From: Lingula anatina
Lineage: Eukaryota > Animalia > Brachiopoda
Assembly (NCBI GenBank): GCA_051362555.1
Contig: CM120649.1
Coordinates: 19,668,567-19,732,566, forward strand
Reading direction: 5' to 3'
Length of the DNA stretch: 64,000 nt
The translations under genes were made by a program, and so were the position numbers. Positions 26,203 through 39,002 of the stretch are shown here, in pieces (the stretch's first letter is position 1; each line of letters begins with the position of its first letter). The notes below the pieces were generated by a model, which saw only the letters and a program-made list of their open reading frames with translations, did no database searches and was not told where the DNA came from.

Positions 26203-28637
26203 TTATTTTAACATTTGGAGATCCAATACAGATTTATGACCACAGAATAAACAAGAGCAACAACAAAAACTTCCACTGGATCTCTTGTGCTTTGAAAGTT
26301 GAAAGTTTAATACTTACTTCAAAGATGATATAACACTTGCGGTGTCATCCAGAGGATGCATGCTGAGGTCTGTGTTATTCAGCTGCTGTGGATCAACTGG
26401 GAAAAAATAGAGAAAAAAAAAACATAAAAGAAAATGAATAAAATTCAATTCTAAATTTTTCCTAAAATGATGTAAAATATAAACTCAAAATAGTTAAATA
26501 CATCAAAATAATAATCAACTTTTATATTTGTATTTGGCTGACTCACTGTTGTCATATATGTGTACTTAGTATATATATTGAAATTAATTTCTTGGATTAC
26601 ATGCTTACTGTTAACTAGGAAATCATTTGATACTCCATACACAAAACTGGTCCACAGAAAACTATGAACAGTGGCAAAATTGTGGGATAACTTACAAGTA
26701 CTAGCGGTCTCGTCATGGTAGCCCTGCAGTGAGGAAAATTCCCCCATATTTTTCTGCTGAGTCATCCCAGGAAACGTTCCAACTGAGCCAGAAAAGGGGC
26801 CTGCTGAGGCATACCCCTGATCAGGAGCTGACCCTTGCTGAGGCTGCTGGATCCACCTCTGGAGATCCGCCATTTTTTGCTGAGTCATGTTCTGGTATTG
26901 TCCTACTGATTGGTTTACATCAAAATGTTGTTGTTGGTTTAATTGTTGTCGCTGCTGCAACTGCTGTTGTGGAAGCTCTGATTGTACGCTAGAATATCCT
27001 GATGTTGACATGGAGGCATAGCCACCCGGTTTTCCTGTCAGGGGAACTGAGACATTACCCTGATTGTGTGGCACCGAAAATGGAAGCTGCTGGGAAGCAG
27101 AAGATACTGGAGCAGCACCGAGATTCAAAAGTGGTTGTTGATAAATAAAAGATTGGGCCCCAGAAGAAGTCACATTTGGTTGCTGATAATTTGCACTTCC
27201 TGGCTGTTGATAATTTAAAGATCCAGCACCTGCAGATTGAACAAAATTCCCCGGTTGCTGATAAATCATGGATCCAGCACCACCACTAGATGGAACAGCT
27301 CTGGATGGTTGCTGATAATTCAAAGAGCTGGCACCTTGATACGGAATGGAAGTCCCTAGCTGGGAGCTACCGTGTACTGATGAATTTGGCAGAAGGACAC
27401 CATCAGGATCCTGGGATTGGAAATTGAGTGAGTTGAAACTTGGGGTGACGGAAGAACCTTGGACGGAAGACGTGTGTGGCAAGTTAGCAGATCGCACAGT
27501 GGCTATGCTGGAATCTAGGTCAAAACCACCTGGAAACAGAATATTTTTTTAGACAAGATGTAACTTCTCAAAATATTTTTGCCACTGGTTTTCCATTTAT
27601 TTGTGAACAGAATAACCTTGTCTCCTGTAAGTACGTCATGCTGGCAACGCCAACACCACCTGGTGGTCAAATACAGACCAGCAAACAACAATGTTGCCCT
27701 GAAACTAATTTAATTCTTAACACTCTCCTTAGCCTGAGAACATTTTAACAAGCCACACCATGAACTTAATTTATTTGAATTTTCAATTCATTTAGATGTT
27801 TTTATCAATAAATAATTATTTCTTTTTTGTTCGACTAAAATTGAAGGTGAAAGAGGTGCAAGAACTTTTACTCACCTCTTGGTTTTAAATCTGCTGAGCT
27901 GCCAATACTGCCCCCCTTCTCCACAGGAAAACTAAAACAGATAGGTCCTCTGATAATTACAAAAACATGTGTGACATATTTAACTGAGAAAGTACATCTT
28001 TTATAACAAATATATGAGATTATCTTAATTAAGATAATGAAAAAGAGAATAATGAATTATGAATAACAGAAATTGTTTACAATAAGACATTAAAAAAAAA
28101 TACTAACTCAGTTTACCTAGCCTCTATGAATGATATGTTGTCTTCAAAGCAAAATCTCCAACTGAGATTTTAATGTTAAAAAGGTTTCAGCTATAGGCAC
28201 CAGTAACTACACACACCTCTTTAAAAACTTATTAATGGGTGCCCCTCTGTCACTGGGGATGTCAAGTGCTCCCTGGGCCAAAGACTGACCCTCCTGACCC
28301 CTGCTGGTCAGTCTGGACGGAATGCTCCGACTGGTGTACAGGCTGAAGGCGTCCTCCTTGTCTGGACTGCTCTGGACACTGCCTGGCAGAGTGGACGTGA
28401 AGCTCAGCTGCCCTGATTGTGTTAGTTGTCCTAGTTGTGTTGGTTGTGACAGGTTAGATTGTGTTAGGTGTGACTGCCTGGGTTGAGATTGTGCTGATTG
28501 TGTTAGTTGAGACTGCAGAGGCTGCGTTGAGTTGCTCCTGCTCAGAATACTCAAAGCATCACTGCAGTGACCCTGGAGCAACTCTTGGAGTTTTCCTGTC
28601 ATTTCTCTCCTGAATATAAGATACAGTGTTACACTTT

Positions 28638-28684
<47 letters not shown>

Positions 28685-31600
28685 TATAATAATAATAATA
28701 ATAATAATGTTCAAATATTTTGAAAGTTCCAAGACAATTCTTTTAGCAACAACAAATCAGAATCACAGTTGGCTATTGAATCAATATCTCTTTGCTTTTA
28801 CAAGAGGCAAACTTCAACTTTCATCACTTCAAATTATTTAAAGGTTCAGGAAGATTTTTCAAACCATTCTTTCGGAAAGCACAAATCAGACTTTTGGCTG
28901 GCCATCGACTATCTCATTTCTCAACTCTTCATGTTTCACACTTGGTACCTACCTAGCACTCTCCAGCTTCTGCTTGGACTCCCTCTCCTCTGCCAAAGCA
29001 GCCCTCATTTGGGACAGCCTGGAAGATATTATACAATATATTTTATATGGTGTTCATATCAAACTTTCTAGGGAGGGTAAGGAACAATATCAATGACACA
29101 TAATGCAAAATTTGAGGGGGTGGGGGGGGGCAGGTGGCTAAGAATCATCTTCAGTAAAAATTAAATACAATGCAGAAATGGAGAGATGGGGTTAAGAAGG
29201 GGGGGGGGAGGTTTAACTTCAGTTAAATATAAATAAAGACAGAAATGGTTTCCTTCATGTTGAGACCATCTCTATAATCACCTGTCTTCATAGGCCTGTA
29301 GCTGTTCCTTGCTCTGGGCCTCCTTCCTCTGGAGTTCCTGGTTAAATGACTGTAGCTGCCGCGCCATCTCTGTGCTGTGGCGCTGGTTCAACTCCTGGAC
29401 CTGGTGGAGAATGGCGGAGTATATCACAACCATATATGTCATGTAGCATGTAATCATTAATATCTAAGATTAGTCAGGTTAAACAAGAGATGGCTGAGTT
29501 TTTCAATGGGGAAAGTGACAAAAGGAAGCTACTAAATTCAATAAAGTATGTACAGTATATCAGCATGAGTAGCTTGAAAACTGGTTCTATGTGTCAGGTA
29601 CAAGGTTAATATTACCATAAAATAAAGATGATCTAGTCTCAAGTTGTGTGCTCTCACATAATGTCAATTCTACAAACACACCTAAGACTGGTGACTGGCC
29701 AAAACATCACATTAGGGAACACCTGTTATCACCAACAGAAATCACCCATAAAAAGTCGCACATGAAAATTCTCTCACTGACTGACCTGTTTACGATGCTC
29801 CTCCCTTATCTTTCCTTCCGACAGCGCCATCTTTTCATGCGCCTCAGCCAGTTTGGAAGTGGTCTGTTTTTCCAGATCAGACTGTAAGTCAGCCTCCAGT
29901 TTACGTTTGGCATTCTCCAGCCTCGCCTCCGACAGTCCCATCTCTACTTTCAGGTGATCCTAATAACAGATGGGAGATTAATAATATTTTTTACATAATG
30001 TTGCATAATTATTATGTTTCACAAATAATGCTACAGACAAGTTTTCAAGTAGGACAGGGCTGGTTTTTAAAAATATGTATTTATAGGATGGAGAAAAAGT
30101 CCCAAACCTAAAAGTTTAGTTATCCAAAAAGAGTGATACCAAAAGGTGTTAAACACCACTTATATGTTATAGATGGCCCACTCACCCTCTCTCTACACGC
30201 AGTATCCAGGTCTATCTTCAGCTGTTGAACTTCCTTCTGTACAGAGGCGAGAACGTCCTGACTCTCCTGTGCTATCTTCATATGCTCCTCTGCTTTGCTC
30301 TGAGATTTGAAGAAAAAAAATACTCCAAGATAAGTAATCACAACCCAGCAACATCTAAGACATCAATTACTGATTTCCAGTCATCCTTTCTGAACTCGAA
30401 CAAAATATTTGTTAAAACCAGATGCTCTAATTTACTACAAGGCATGTTAATATAGTATTCTTTACAGGTTCAAAATAAATTAGCAATGCTGTTATTATGC
30501 AGCTGTCCGGCAACACCAAATGTCATATTTAAATCTACAGCTGGACAAGCACCGACAATCAATGTGACCTTCACCCTCACCTTCTCTTGCTGTATAATTC
30601 TGTCCTGTGTCGTAGTCAGCTCCTCTAGCTGCTGCCCAATCTCACGCTCTCTCTTCTGCCATCCCGTCCTCTCCTGCACAGGGAGGTACAAAACACAGAC
30701 ACACAATGTTTTGAATCTTTTATATATGTCATCAATCAGTAAAGCATATATTTAGAGACCATTCCCACAGATATTTAGATCAATCTATCCCCCTGGGGAG
30801 TCTCACTAGATTGCTGTCAGCTTATCCGGCTTAAATGTCTGTCCTGCCTACTAAAACCCCCAGGGAGTTAGGTGATCCAGATGGATTGATCTAAATCTGT
30901 GGAAACCCAGTCTTATACACATACAAAATATTGTTTCTTGCTTTTATATCACAAATCTCCATTCCCTCAGAATCCTCTGCTTATAAAGCTGTGCAACCTT
31001 TCAACAAATACAATGATCTCTAACTACTCTCTCTCTGTTTATATGTTCAGACATGAGCCTAGGTTAAAAAAAAAAACTCTACAGATTTTATTGCAGATGG
31101 TGACGAATCTCAGGAACCATCAAAATTGAATTAAAAAGTTTCCACGAATAAAAGCTCATGTCTGCATGTTCCTTATTTGAGCACCCCCCCCCCCCCCCCC
31201 CCCACCCCACTCACCTCATTCAGTGTCTCCTGAAGGCTCTCCAGCTGTTTGGCCACATGTTCTCTCCCCTCCACCGCCCTGTCTCTCTCAGACTCCATTC
31301 TACGGGCGCGATCACGCTCAGCCTCCAAGGACTCTGTAATGATGGCGTATTCTTCCTCGTGGCGGATGAGCTGTTGAAAAGAAGACAATTACTACAAGGT
31401 GAATACCTCAATGGAACAATTATAAGACTCTGACTGATGGAGTCAAAGAGAATAACATTGTTAAAGAAATTTGTTATAGGAAATAACAAAATGCAAATCA
31501 GACATGATCATATTTCACTGTAAACAAAAAATAAAATGAAGAATAACATTAAAAGAAACTCTTAATGGTATTCAGAATAAATAATCTGAAATCACCTGTT

Positions 31601-34600
31601 GCTTTCTTTCCTTCTCAGCTAGTGCTGCCCTCTTTTGCTCTGCAGTCAAATCATCTACAGCTTTCTGCATCTCTCTTTCAAACTTACTCAGCATCTACAA
31701 TGTAACAGCAGATGTGTCTGATATTTTGTCAGATAACAAGAAGCACTGTGTTATTGTAAAGTATAGAAGATCACATCAAACTGCAGTAACAGTTTAATGT
31801 GATAAGTCTTATTCTTCCCTTTATTTAAAGGGGAACTTATCAATCAATCAATTTTCATGCTGAAAACTGCCATAGAGACAAAATACTTTCCCTTCTCCAC
31901 TAAGAACTGATCAACTTTGGACAATGGCAATGTAACACCCTACCTCCTGTTGCTCTGCCAGTGCCTTTTCTGCAGCTTGTTTCTCTGCATTCAGTTTTGC
32001 CAGGAAGTCTTCTTTCTCTGCTTCTCTTCTCTTCCAGCCCTCTGCTACCTTGGCCAGGGTCTGGAAGAATACAAACAACCAACTAGTACACACATAAATG
32101 CATGCAGGCACGCACGCACACACACTAAGACTTTTTCCAGCTGTCCAGCCATTATTTGGACAGCCACTGGCCTCAAAAGATGGCTTATATTTTCAAGGAT
32201 AGCTGGACAGCCTATGGAATTTTTTGGGATGGTTGGGCTTGCTAGGGTTGGACTCACTGTTGATACGCGACCAAGTAACAGATTCACGTTTTGGACTCCC
32301 TGTACCTCAAATCCCGGGAAAACCCCAGCATAACACACTTGGTATTCATGGCACGTAAATCACCTAACACCACACACACAAATTATAATAATTATGACCA
32401 TAAAATTATTATTTTTTATAACAATAGATCAAAGGATTCACAAATAAACTGTAGTACCTTGTCAAGTTGTTCTATCATGATGTCTTTCTTCTTGTCTGTG
32501 GACACTGCCACTGCCAGCTGCTGCTGCGTCTCCAACATCTGGAACAGTGAAATTACATGGGAAATGTGCTCAAGTTCCACTGCAGTAGGGAAGGAGCAGT
32601 TGGAGTCTCAGTTTCTTCATTGATATCCAAGTTCCACACATGCCTGTCTGTTGCATCTTAACTAAGCCAAAATATTAGCTGATAAAGTACCTATTTTAAC
32701 TACTTTCCAAGCTATTAACAAAAGAAATAAAAAAAACTATATTTCTATTAGAATTACTTTACAGCTGGCACTTATTGCACTCACCTTACTCTGTAGATGC
32801 TGTATTTGCCTTTCACAGTGCTGGAAACAAAATAAAAATCATGTAAATAAGTTATAATTAGACTAGGAGGATACTAGAAAATTCCATCACTTCTGGTATT
32901 ATATACTGGATTTACGTCACTGCTTATGTTTCAATTTGCTGCAATATCTGACAATAAGGCGCGCTCATATTATTTTGAAAATGGTTTTTTAAAGTATTTT
33001 TTGGCATACTTCACATTTTTCACTACCTGAAAGCAGATAAATCATCCTTTTCTGCATCTAATGTTATCTTTAAAAAATCTTTTAATCTTTTAAAAAAATT
33101 TACACAAAGACATTTCACAATTTTCCCAACCTGCAATCTTCCTCAAACGACTCACACACCTTCTTTCTGTATCGTTCCTTCTCCAGAGTCTCTCTCAACA
33201 CTTGATTCTCTGACAGCAAAGTCACATCGTTCCTGTACCCACTGCTTCTGGAGTGACCACTGCCACCCCTGGGGCCCCCTCTCTCCGTGCCCCACCCTGG
33301 GGGAAGTCCCAGGACCTTCTCGAGGTGAGAGGTCAGGTCGGTGCCTGGACTGTCCACCGTCGTACTGTCCAGCAGGCTGGTCACGTCATCCACAGGGTCA
33401 AATGTCGACTTGTCTGGAAGAAAATCAGTTTCTTAGATGTTGGGTGTGCTTTCATAAAAATAATGCACCAAATTGTAACTCAGAGTTGAATAAATGTTCC
33501 CAAAACAAGTCAGATCTAGAATTCACAGGGTCAGAGGTTGGCTCATCTGTAGAATAAATTAAAATCAAGAGAATCAAAACAGCGATACCGCCACCAGATA
33601 TTGTATCATGTCAGATTAAGCACATTCATGTTGAATAAGCAACATCCTTTAAGACACTGCTGGTCAACTTGGATCGAACCAAACCCTGCAGGGAACTTTG
33701 TTGACTCTCAGAAAACATCTCTTTATTGGCCTCTGAGCATCGGCCTCTGAGCTCCATCTCTCTAATACTGTGTACATGGAGCACTTACCCAGTACATTCT
33801 GTACACTGGTCTTCAGCATGGTGTTCAGATGACCTCTGACCTGCTCCATCTCTCTAATACTGTGTACATGGAGTACTTACCCAGTACATTCTGTACACTG
33901 GTCTTCAGCATGGTGTTCAGATGACCTCTGACCTGCTCCATCTCTCTAATACTGTGTACATGGAGTACTTACCCAGTACATTCTGTACACTGGTCTTCAG
34001 CATGGAGTTCAGATGACCTCTGACTTGCTCCATCTCTCTAATACTGTGTACATGGAGTACTTACCCAGTACATTCTGTACACTGGTCTTCAGCATGGTGT
34101 TCAGATGACCTCTGACCTGCTCCATCTCTCTAATACTGTCACTGGTAACATGGCTGACATCCTAGAAATATCAACAATAATCAACAGAGACTTTTAAACA
34201 TCACCAAATGAATGTAATGAAGGTTTTGAACCAAAATTAATGGAGACTAAGGAACAAGTGCTGTTAAGTTGGGATTTGGATTCCTGTGTTAGAGGGTGTG
34301 CAGCAATTTTGGCCATTTTAGCATTCATGGCACGGAACACAATTAGTATTCTTACTATTAATAACTTTATGCACCCCCTCAACCCCCCCTCCCACCCCCC
34401 ATCACCACCACCTGTCCCCACTTTCTTAAACCTAAAGATTTAATAACATGTGTAACTGCTTACTTGCCATCTCCATCCTTATTCAACCTGATATGACACA
34501 TCAAGTCTTGACACTTTAATTCAGTTACTGAACACATTAAAACAGGAAAATAACACAGCAATAGATCACACCACAATCCTTCCATCTCTCACCTTCATTT

Positions 34601-36658
34601 CTCCTCCAGATGGGGGCAGTAACCCCTGAATGGTGGCCTGGGCTGCCGCCACCCCCGGGGACTGGCTGAGACCCCCCTTCCTTCCACCACCCCCGCCCAG
34701 CTGGTCCTCGGCTCTGGAAGCCCTCCAGGAATCCTCTCGACTCCTGGAATTTCTGGGATTATTCCAGGATGAAACATCGCTGGACTGAGGGTCCTGGAGA
34801 ATAACAATACGCATCACTGCAATGAGGAACACATGTGAGAAGAATTAGTCATGACAACATGGGAATAAGATCAATTACTGTATGTTTTACTGAAACCTGT
34901 GATGCATCTTCATACAAAATCAACCTACAAAACAAAAACAGCCATCACCTAAAAAACAGATCTATACAAATTGACAAAACACACTGCAGTTAATGGGAGG
35001 TTTGGTTTTTGTTTCCCACCAATATACATAGAAACAGCCCCACCAATTCAATATTTAGTCTAAATAATCCAATAAAATCTCGCATTCACCTTGACATGTG
35101 CTCTGTGGCTATAACTGGTGGGATCAGAGGAGACGTCCCCTACAGAACCTCTCACTGGCGACCTTGAAGGTGACCTTGACCTAGACTGTAAAGGTGACCT
35201 GAGTGGTGGTGACCTTGGACGTGGTGAATGTGCTGACCTTGGTGGTGACCTTGACCTGTGCAGTAAAGGCGACCTTGGAGGGGATACAGACCTGGACTGT
35301 AAAGGAGACCTGGGCGGTGACAATGGCCTTGACGAGGTTGTGGTCCTTGGTGGTGACGACCTTGACCTTGTGCTCTCTGACCTATACGTTTGACCTGTTG
35401 ACCTATCAGATGAAGTCAGCCTATTTTCACTCTTGTGTGCAGTTGACACAGGAAGCCTGTCTTGGCGGATACTGCCACCACTGACGTGACTGGCAGAGCC
35501 CCTAGTGGTGCTGGGCGATAGTGTCCTGCCTGTCCTAATTTCAGCGTACATTTTCTCCGCAGAATTACTTTTTGACCCCATACTGGTGACAACGTCACTC
35601 ACCGGAGAAGTTTGAGACCTGGGAGGTGTCCCAGTGACACCAATTACCAAAGCAGAATCAAAGTTTTGTGATTTTAATGCACTGCTGCTTGGTGCAGAGT
35701 AAACATCAGAGTATGAGGATTGTTCCTGTGACCTTGGCAGCTCTGACCTTGACCTACTTCCAGAATGTCCCTGATCTATTTCCAAAGTGGTTCTTGTGTA
35801 ATCTCTTGATGGTCTAGGGTCATTTCTAGGACTAAGAACGTCTCTAATTGGGCTCCTAGGTCTGTTCCGTATGTGACTGTCAGTTACTAATGACCTTGAC
35901 CCCTGTCTGTTATCCTCTAAACCACTGGTCTCTACTCTCAACTCACTTAAACTCTTGTCTCTATCAACATCCCTTGACCCACCCTGTGTGTCCCCAAACA
36001 ACTCAGTTCTCACATCAAAGTTCACACTGGGTTTATCAACAGCATTCAGAGACCTAGATCTCGATCTGTCAACATTTGTCAAGTCTATAAGATAGGCTGA
36101 AGAGGTGGAAATGGTAGCGCCTCTTTCTTGAGAGCGTAGTGGAGTATTTGGCAACGACCTTGGACCATCACTTGTATATCTGTCATAAGTTCCAGCAGCA
36201 CCTAGTTTTTTCCTTGCTGCTAGTTGTGGGCTCCCTATATCTCCTGAAAAAATAATCAACTAGTTCTGAGAAAAATTTCTTCAAGAATATATCAGTTACA
36301 AATGATCAGTCTTATTCTTAAACTGAGGTACAACTGGAAAACTATCTTTCATGTAAGCTAAACTTTATCTTTTGAAAAAATAAGAGATAAAAGTGATCTT
36401 TACGAAACTAAAAATTCAAATATCAAAGGCATGTAGCTCTATGTTGGGGTATAGTGCACATGGCCTCTTAGAAATTATTCATAAAATAGCTTTTTCATCT
36501 GGATGAATTCAGAAGACATTCAACTTTGTTTCATAATATAAAATTTATGTGAAAAATTCTATCCGTGTGACTGAAATATCTACTAGTAACACACACACAT
36601 TAGTGCCTTACCAAGTCTTTTCTCAGTGTATGTCACAGTCTCTGCACTAGCTAGGTTT

Positions 36659-36724
<66 letters not shown>

Positions 36725-36778
36725 AGTGCCTTACCAAGTCTACCTTTATATGTGACAGCCTCTGGGCTAGCAGGGTTC

Positions 36779-36870
<92 letters not shown>

Positions 36871-37636
36871 GAGCGCATTCTCAACGAATTAAGCCAGGCT
36901 TTACAAAGCCGGTGACCTAAAAATGGCGGACGTACATGAAAGAAAAACCGCCTAATCTTTTAATAGTCTCTCCGCCTCCCCACACGTCGTCCCTGCGGGG
37001 TACAGTAATTAAATCTCGGCTCCGTTCGCCATGCGGAAGCTACCTGAGAAATATTAAGTGCGCATGCTCATCAGTTAAACTCGTGGTGAAGAAAGCATGG
37101 CGGCTGAAGGCGATCGAAGGAAAAAAGCTCTTCTGTTCTATTATCTTTGAAAACAGAGACGAAAAAGGAATAATTTGGCCCGTAGAGCAGCAATGAATCG
37201 ACTATCTACGGAGATAATATCACAGGAGATATTCACGGAAATATTAATGTTCGGAGCCGAGATTTAATTACTGTACCCCGCAGGGACGATGTGTGGGGAG
37301 GCGTGTGTGAGGCGGAGAGACTATTAAAAGATTAGGCGGTTTTTCTTTCATGTACGTCCGCCATTTTTAGGTCACCGGCTTTGTAAAGCCTGGCTTAATT
37401 CGTTGAGAATGCGCTCAAACACACACACACACACACACTAATGCCTTACCAAGTCTACCTTTATAAGTAACAGCCTCTGAGCCAACAGGGTTCAGGGGAT
37501 AATTTGGGCTGGCATAGGGGCTGAGTTTGGGAGACGAATGCAGGCTGCTAACGTTACTGATAGGTTCAACGCCACTCAGCAGTTCTTCTGTGTCTGCATC
37601 AGAGAGTGGTGTGGTGTTTCGCATGTGCGGGTCCAT
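22161..37636 (-). CDS. CNTROB: Centrobin (daughter-centriole protein)
   Basis: Exons encode MDPHMRNTTPLSDADTEELLS, IREMEQVRGHLNTMLKTS, LEKERYRKK|HCERQIQHLQSK|MLETQQQLAVAVSTDKKKDIMIEQLDK|TLAKVAEGWKRREAE and end ...PVWK*. These match centrobin blocks (RRKHCERHIQ...QQQLAVAVAADRKKD.MIEQLDKTLA...GW; C-terminal VWR). A 5' UTR exon probably lies near 38355-38480. Confidence 0.92.
23958..24150. repeat. (TAATA)n microsatellite
   Basis: Nearly perfect pentanucleotide run. Confidence 0.95.
24286..24444. repeat. Compound (GTAT)n(CAAT)n(AAAT)n microsatellite
   Basis: Three adjacent tetranucleotide runs. Confidence 0.95.
24814..25500 (-). mobile_element. Non-autonomous Harbinger transposon with degenerate transposase 5' remnant
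   Basis: TIRs GGGCCGGTTTCACAAAGCAGTAGTTAGTTAG / CTAACTAACTACTGCTTTGTGAAACCGGCCC with a 3-bp CAG duplication on both sides (CWG type). The minus strand from ~25259 reads MAATFLAIRTARRQRRLRRFHERQNL*EYTHDDAIYER, resembling HARBI1-type N-termini. Confidence 0.85.
25695..26018. repeat. 24-bp minisatellite (CACCTAACACAGCCAGCACAATCT) ~13 copies in a CNTROB intron
   Basis: Clear tandem array. It starts about 15 nt inside the donor of the exon ending RHYIKV. Confidence 0.92.
30755..30915. mobile_element. Shorter copy of the MITE at 1871-2085
   Basis: Shares CCATTCCCACAGAT..TAGATC, CTGTCAGCTTA.CCGGCTTAAATGTCTGTCC.GCCTACTAAAA and GATCTAAATCT.TGG with that copy. Confidence 0.7.
33745..34140. repeat. 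92-bp tandem repeat x4 (+ partial) made of a CNTROB exon end plus donor
   Basis: CTTACCCAGTACATTCTGTACAC... recurs at 33784, 33876, 33968 and 34060. The rightmost copy is the real exon. Confidence 0.92.
36590..36870. repeat. Two diverged copies of the CNTROB first coding exon end/donor, each next to a (CA)n run
   Basis: TGCCTTACCAAGTCT... occurs at ~36604 and ~36727, and in the real exon end at ~37442. Confidence 0.85.
36871..37416. mobile_element. MITE with long (>100 bp) near-perfect TIRs inserted in a (CA)n tract
   Basis: GAGCGCATTCTCAACGAATTAAGCCAGGCTTTACAAAGCC... and its reverse complement ending ...GAGAATGCGCTC, with AAA on both flanks. GAG/CTC termini resemble Sola elements, but the superfamily is uncertain. 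Confidence 0.85.
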
Positions 37637-39002
37637 GTTTACAGTTGGTGCACGCGTCTACATGTGACAGGTGAAAGGTGATACTGAATATGAAGAGGTC
37701 TGTGCCTGGAGAATGGAAAGAGAAGAAAATAATAAGTGAACTATTATTGTATACAGCTTGTTATTCGAAAGACACACAGAAATTGAAGTGCCTGTCAAAC
37801 TAATACACTTCATGTGCTCTAGTGATATTAAATAAAAAATACATGAGTAAAAGTGGTATAAACCGAAAGTCTTGATAATGAAGCTTGCAATTTCTCTGCA
37901 CATATAGACTGTATGAAAAACGATCAAGATGAAGACTGAAAATACTGAAATCTAGAATAATCTTGAAAACTTTCCCCCAAAGAAAATCAGGTCTCAATAA
38001 TATTTTGTTACTAGTACAAACTTTGAAGATAAGATGACATACTGTTCTAAATAATTTAATTCAATCAATCATTCTAAATAAGTGTCATGAACAGGCTCAA
38101 TCTATAGATATAACATTTCAATTTTTGGATATCCTAAATAAATTGACTAAATCTAAATATATTGGTTTTAACATTCACTTTTTGACAAATAAAAATCACA
38201 ATAAACACTGTGAATTTATGATGTCATGATCAGAAACATGTCTAAAAAACAAGAGAGAACGAAACAATGCGGTGTGACGAAAAACTGCAATCAATATGGT
38301 GCAAATCAAATGAACTTAAATCCACTAATTACGCAAAACAAGCACATTGTTTACCTTGGCGAGATTCGAAATCCGTTGCAACATTTCCAGCCTCACTTTC
38401 GATAGGGAACGCACTTGTTTTGATTCGAAAACGAGGCGACCTATATATTCCTCCGCCAGCTGATACCAGGGTATCGGGCTGAATACAAGATTTTCCCCAT
38501 CAAACTGTTATAGAACTATATAAACGAATATTAAAGTCAATACAACAAGAGAAGACACGTATTTACGAGAAGTTTGAAAAGAAATAAGCCAGACTTTATT
38601 CCTTGGGTACTTACTTCCTCCAGGTGTTCTGCGGCTAGGGAAGGAGGCTGTCTGCAAATGATGATAATGTTACCAATCTGAATCGATTTTATGTTCATCG
38701 ACGACAGAGATACAACAAGAATCGTTCCAGGTGAACAAGAGATGGCCTTTCTTTACTGTAGTAAATGAAGACTAGTGACTTAATTTCAGTTGTTGAAATT
38801 GCTTACGTGTTAGACGGAAAAAGAGGTTGGGGGGGGGGGGGGGGGGGGGGGCATTTCCCGTTAAAGCAAACATTACCTCAGCGTAAGAACGGGCATATTT
38901 TGTTAATATCTGGAAAATGCCTTCATAATATGTTTGATTAAAAAGTTTTCTTTATGTACAATCATATTTGATTAATTTATTCTTTCAGTAATTTAGGATA
39001 CA

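Noticed and set aside
33745-34140. Regularly spaced direct repeats resembling a CRISPR array (also 3682-3985 and 50100-50900)
   Set aside because: Units are contiguous with no unique spacers, there are no cas genes, and the context is a eukaryotic intron.
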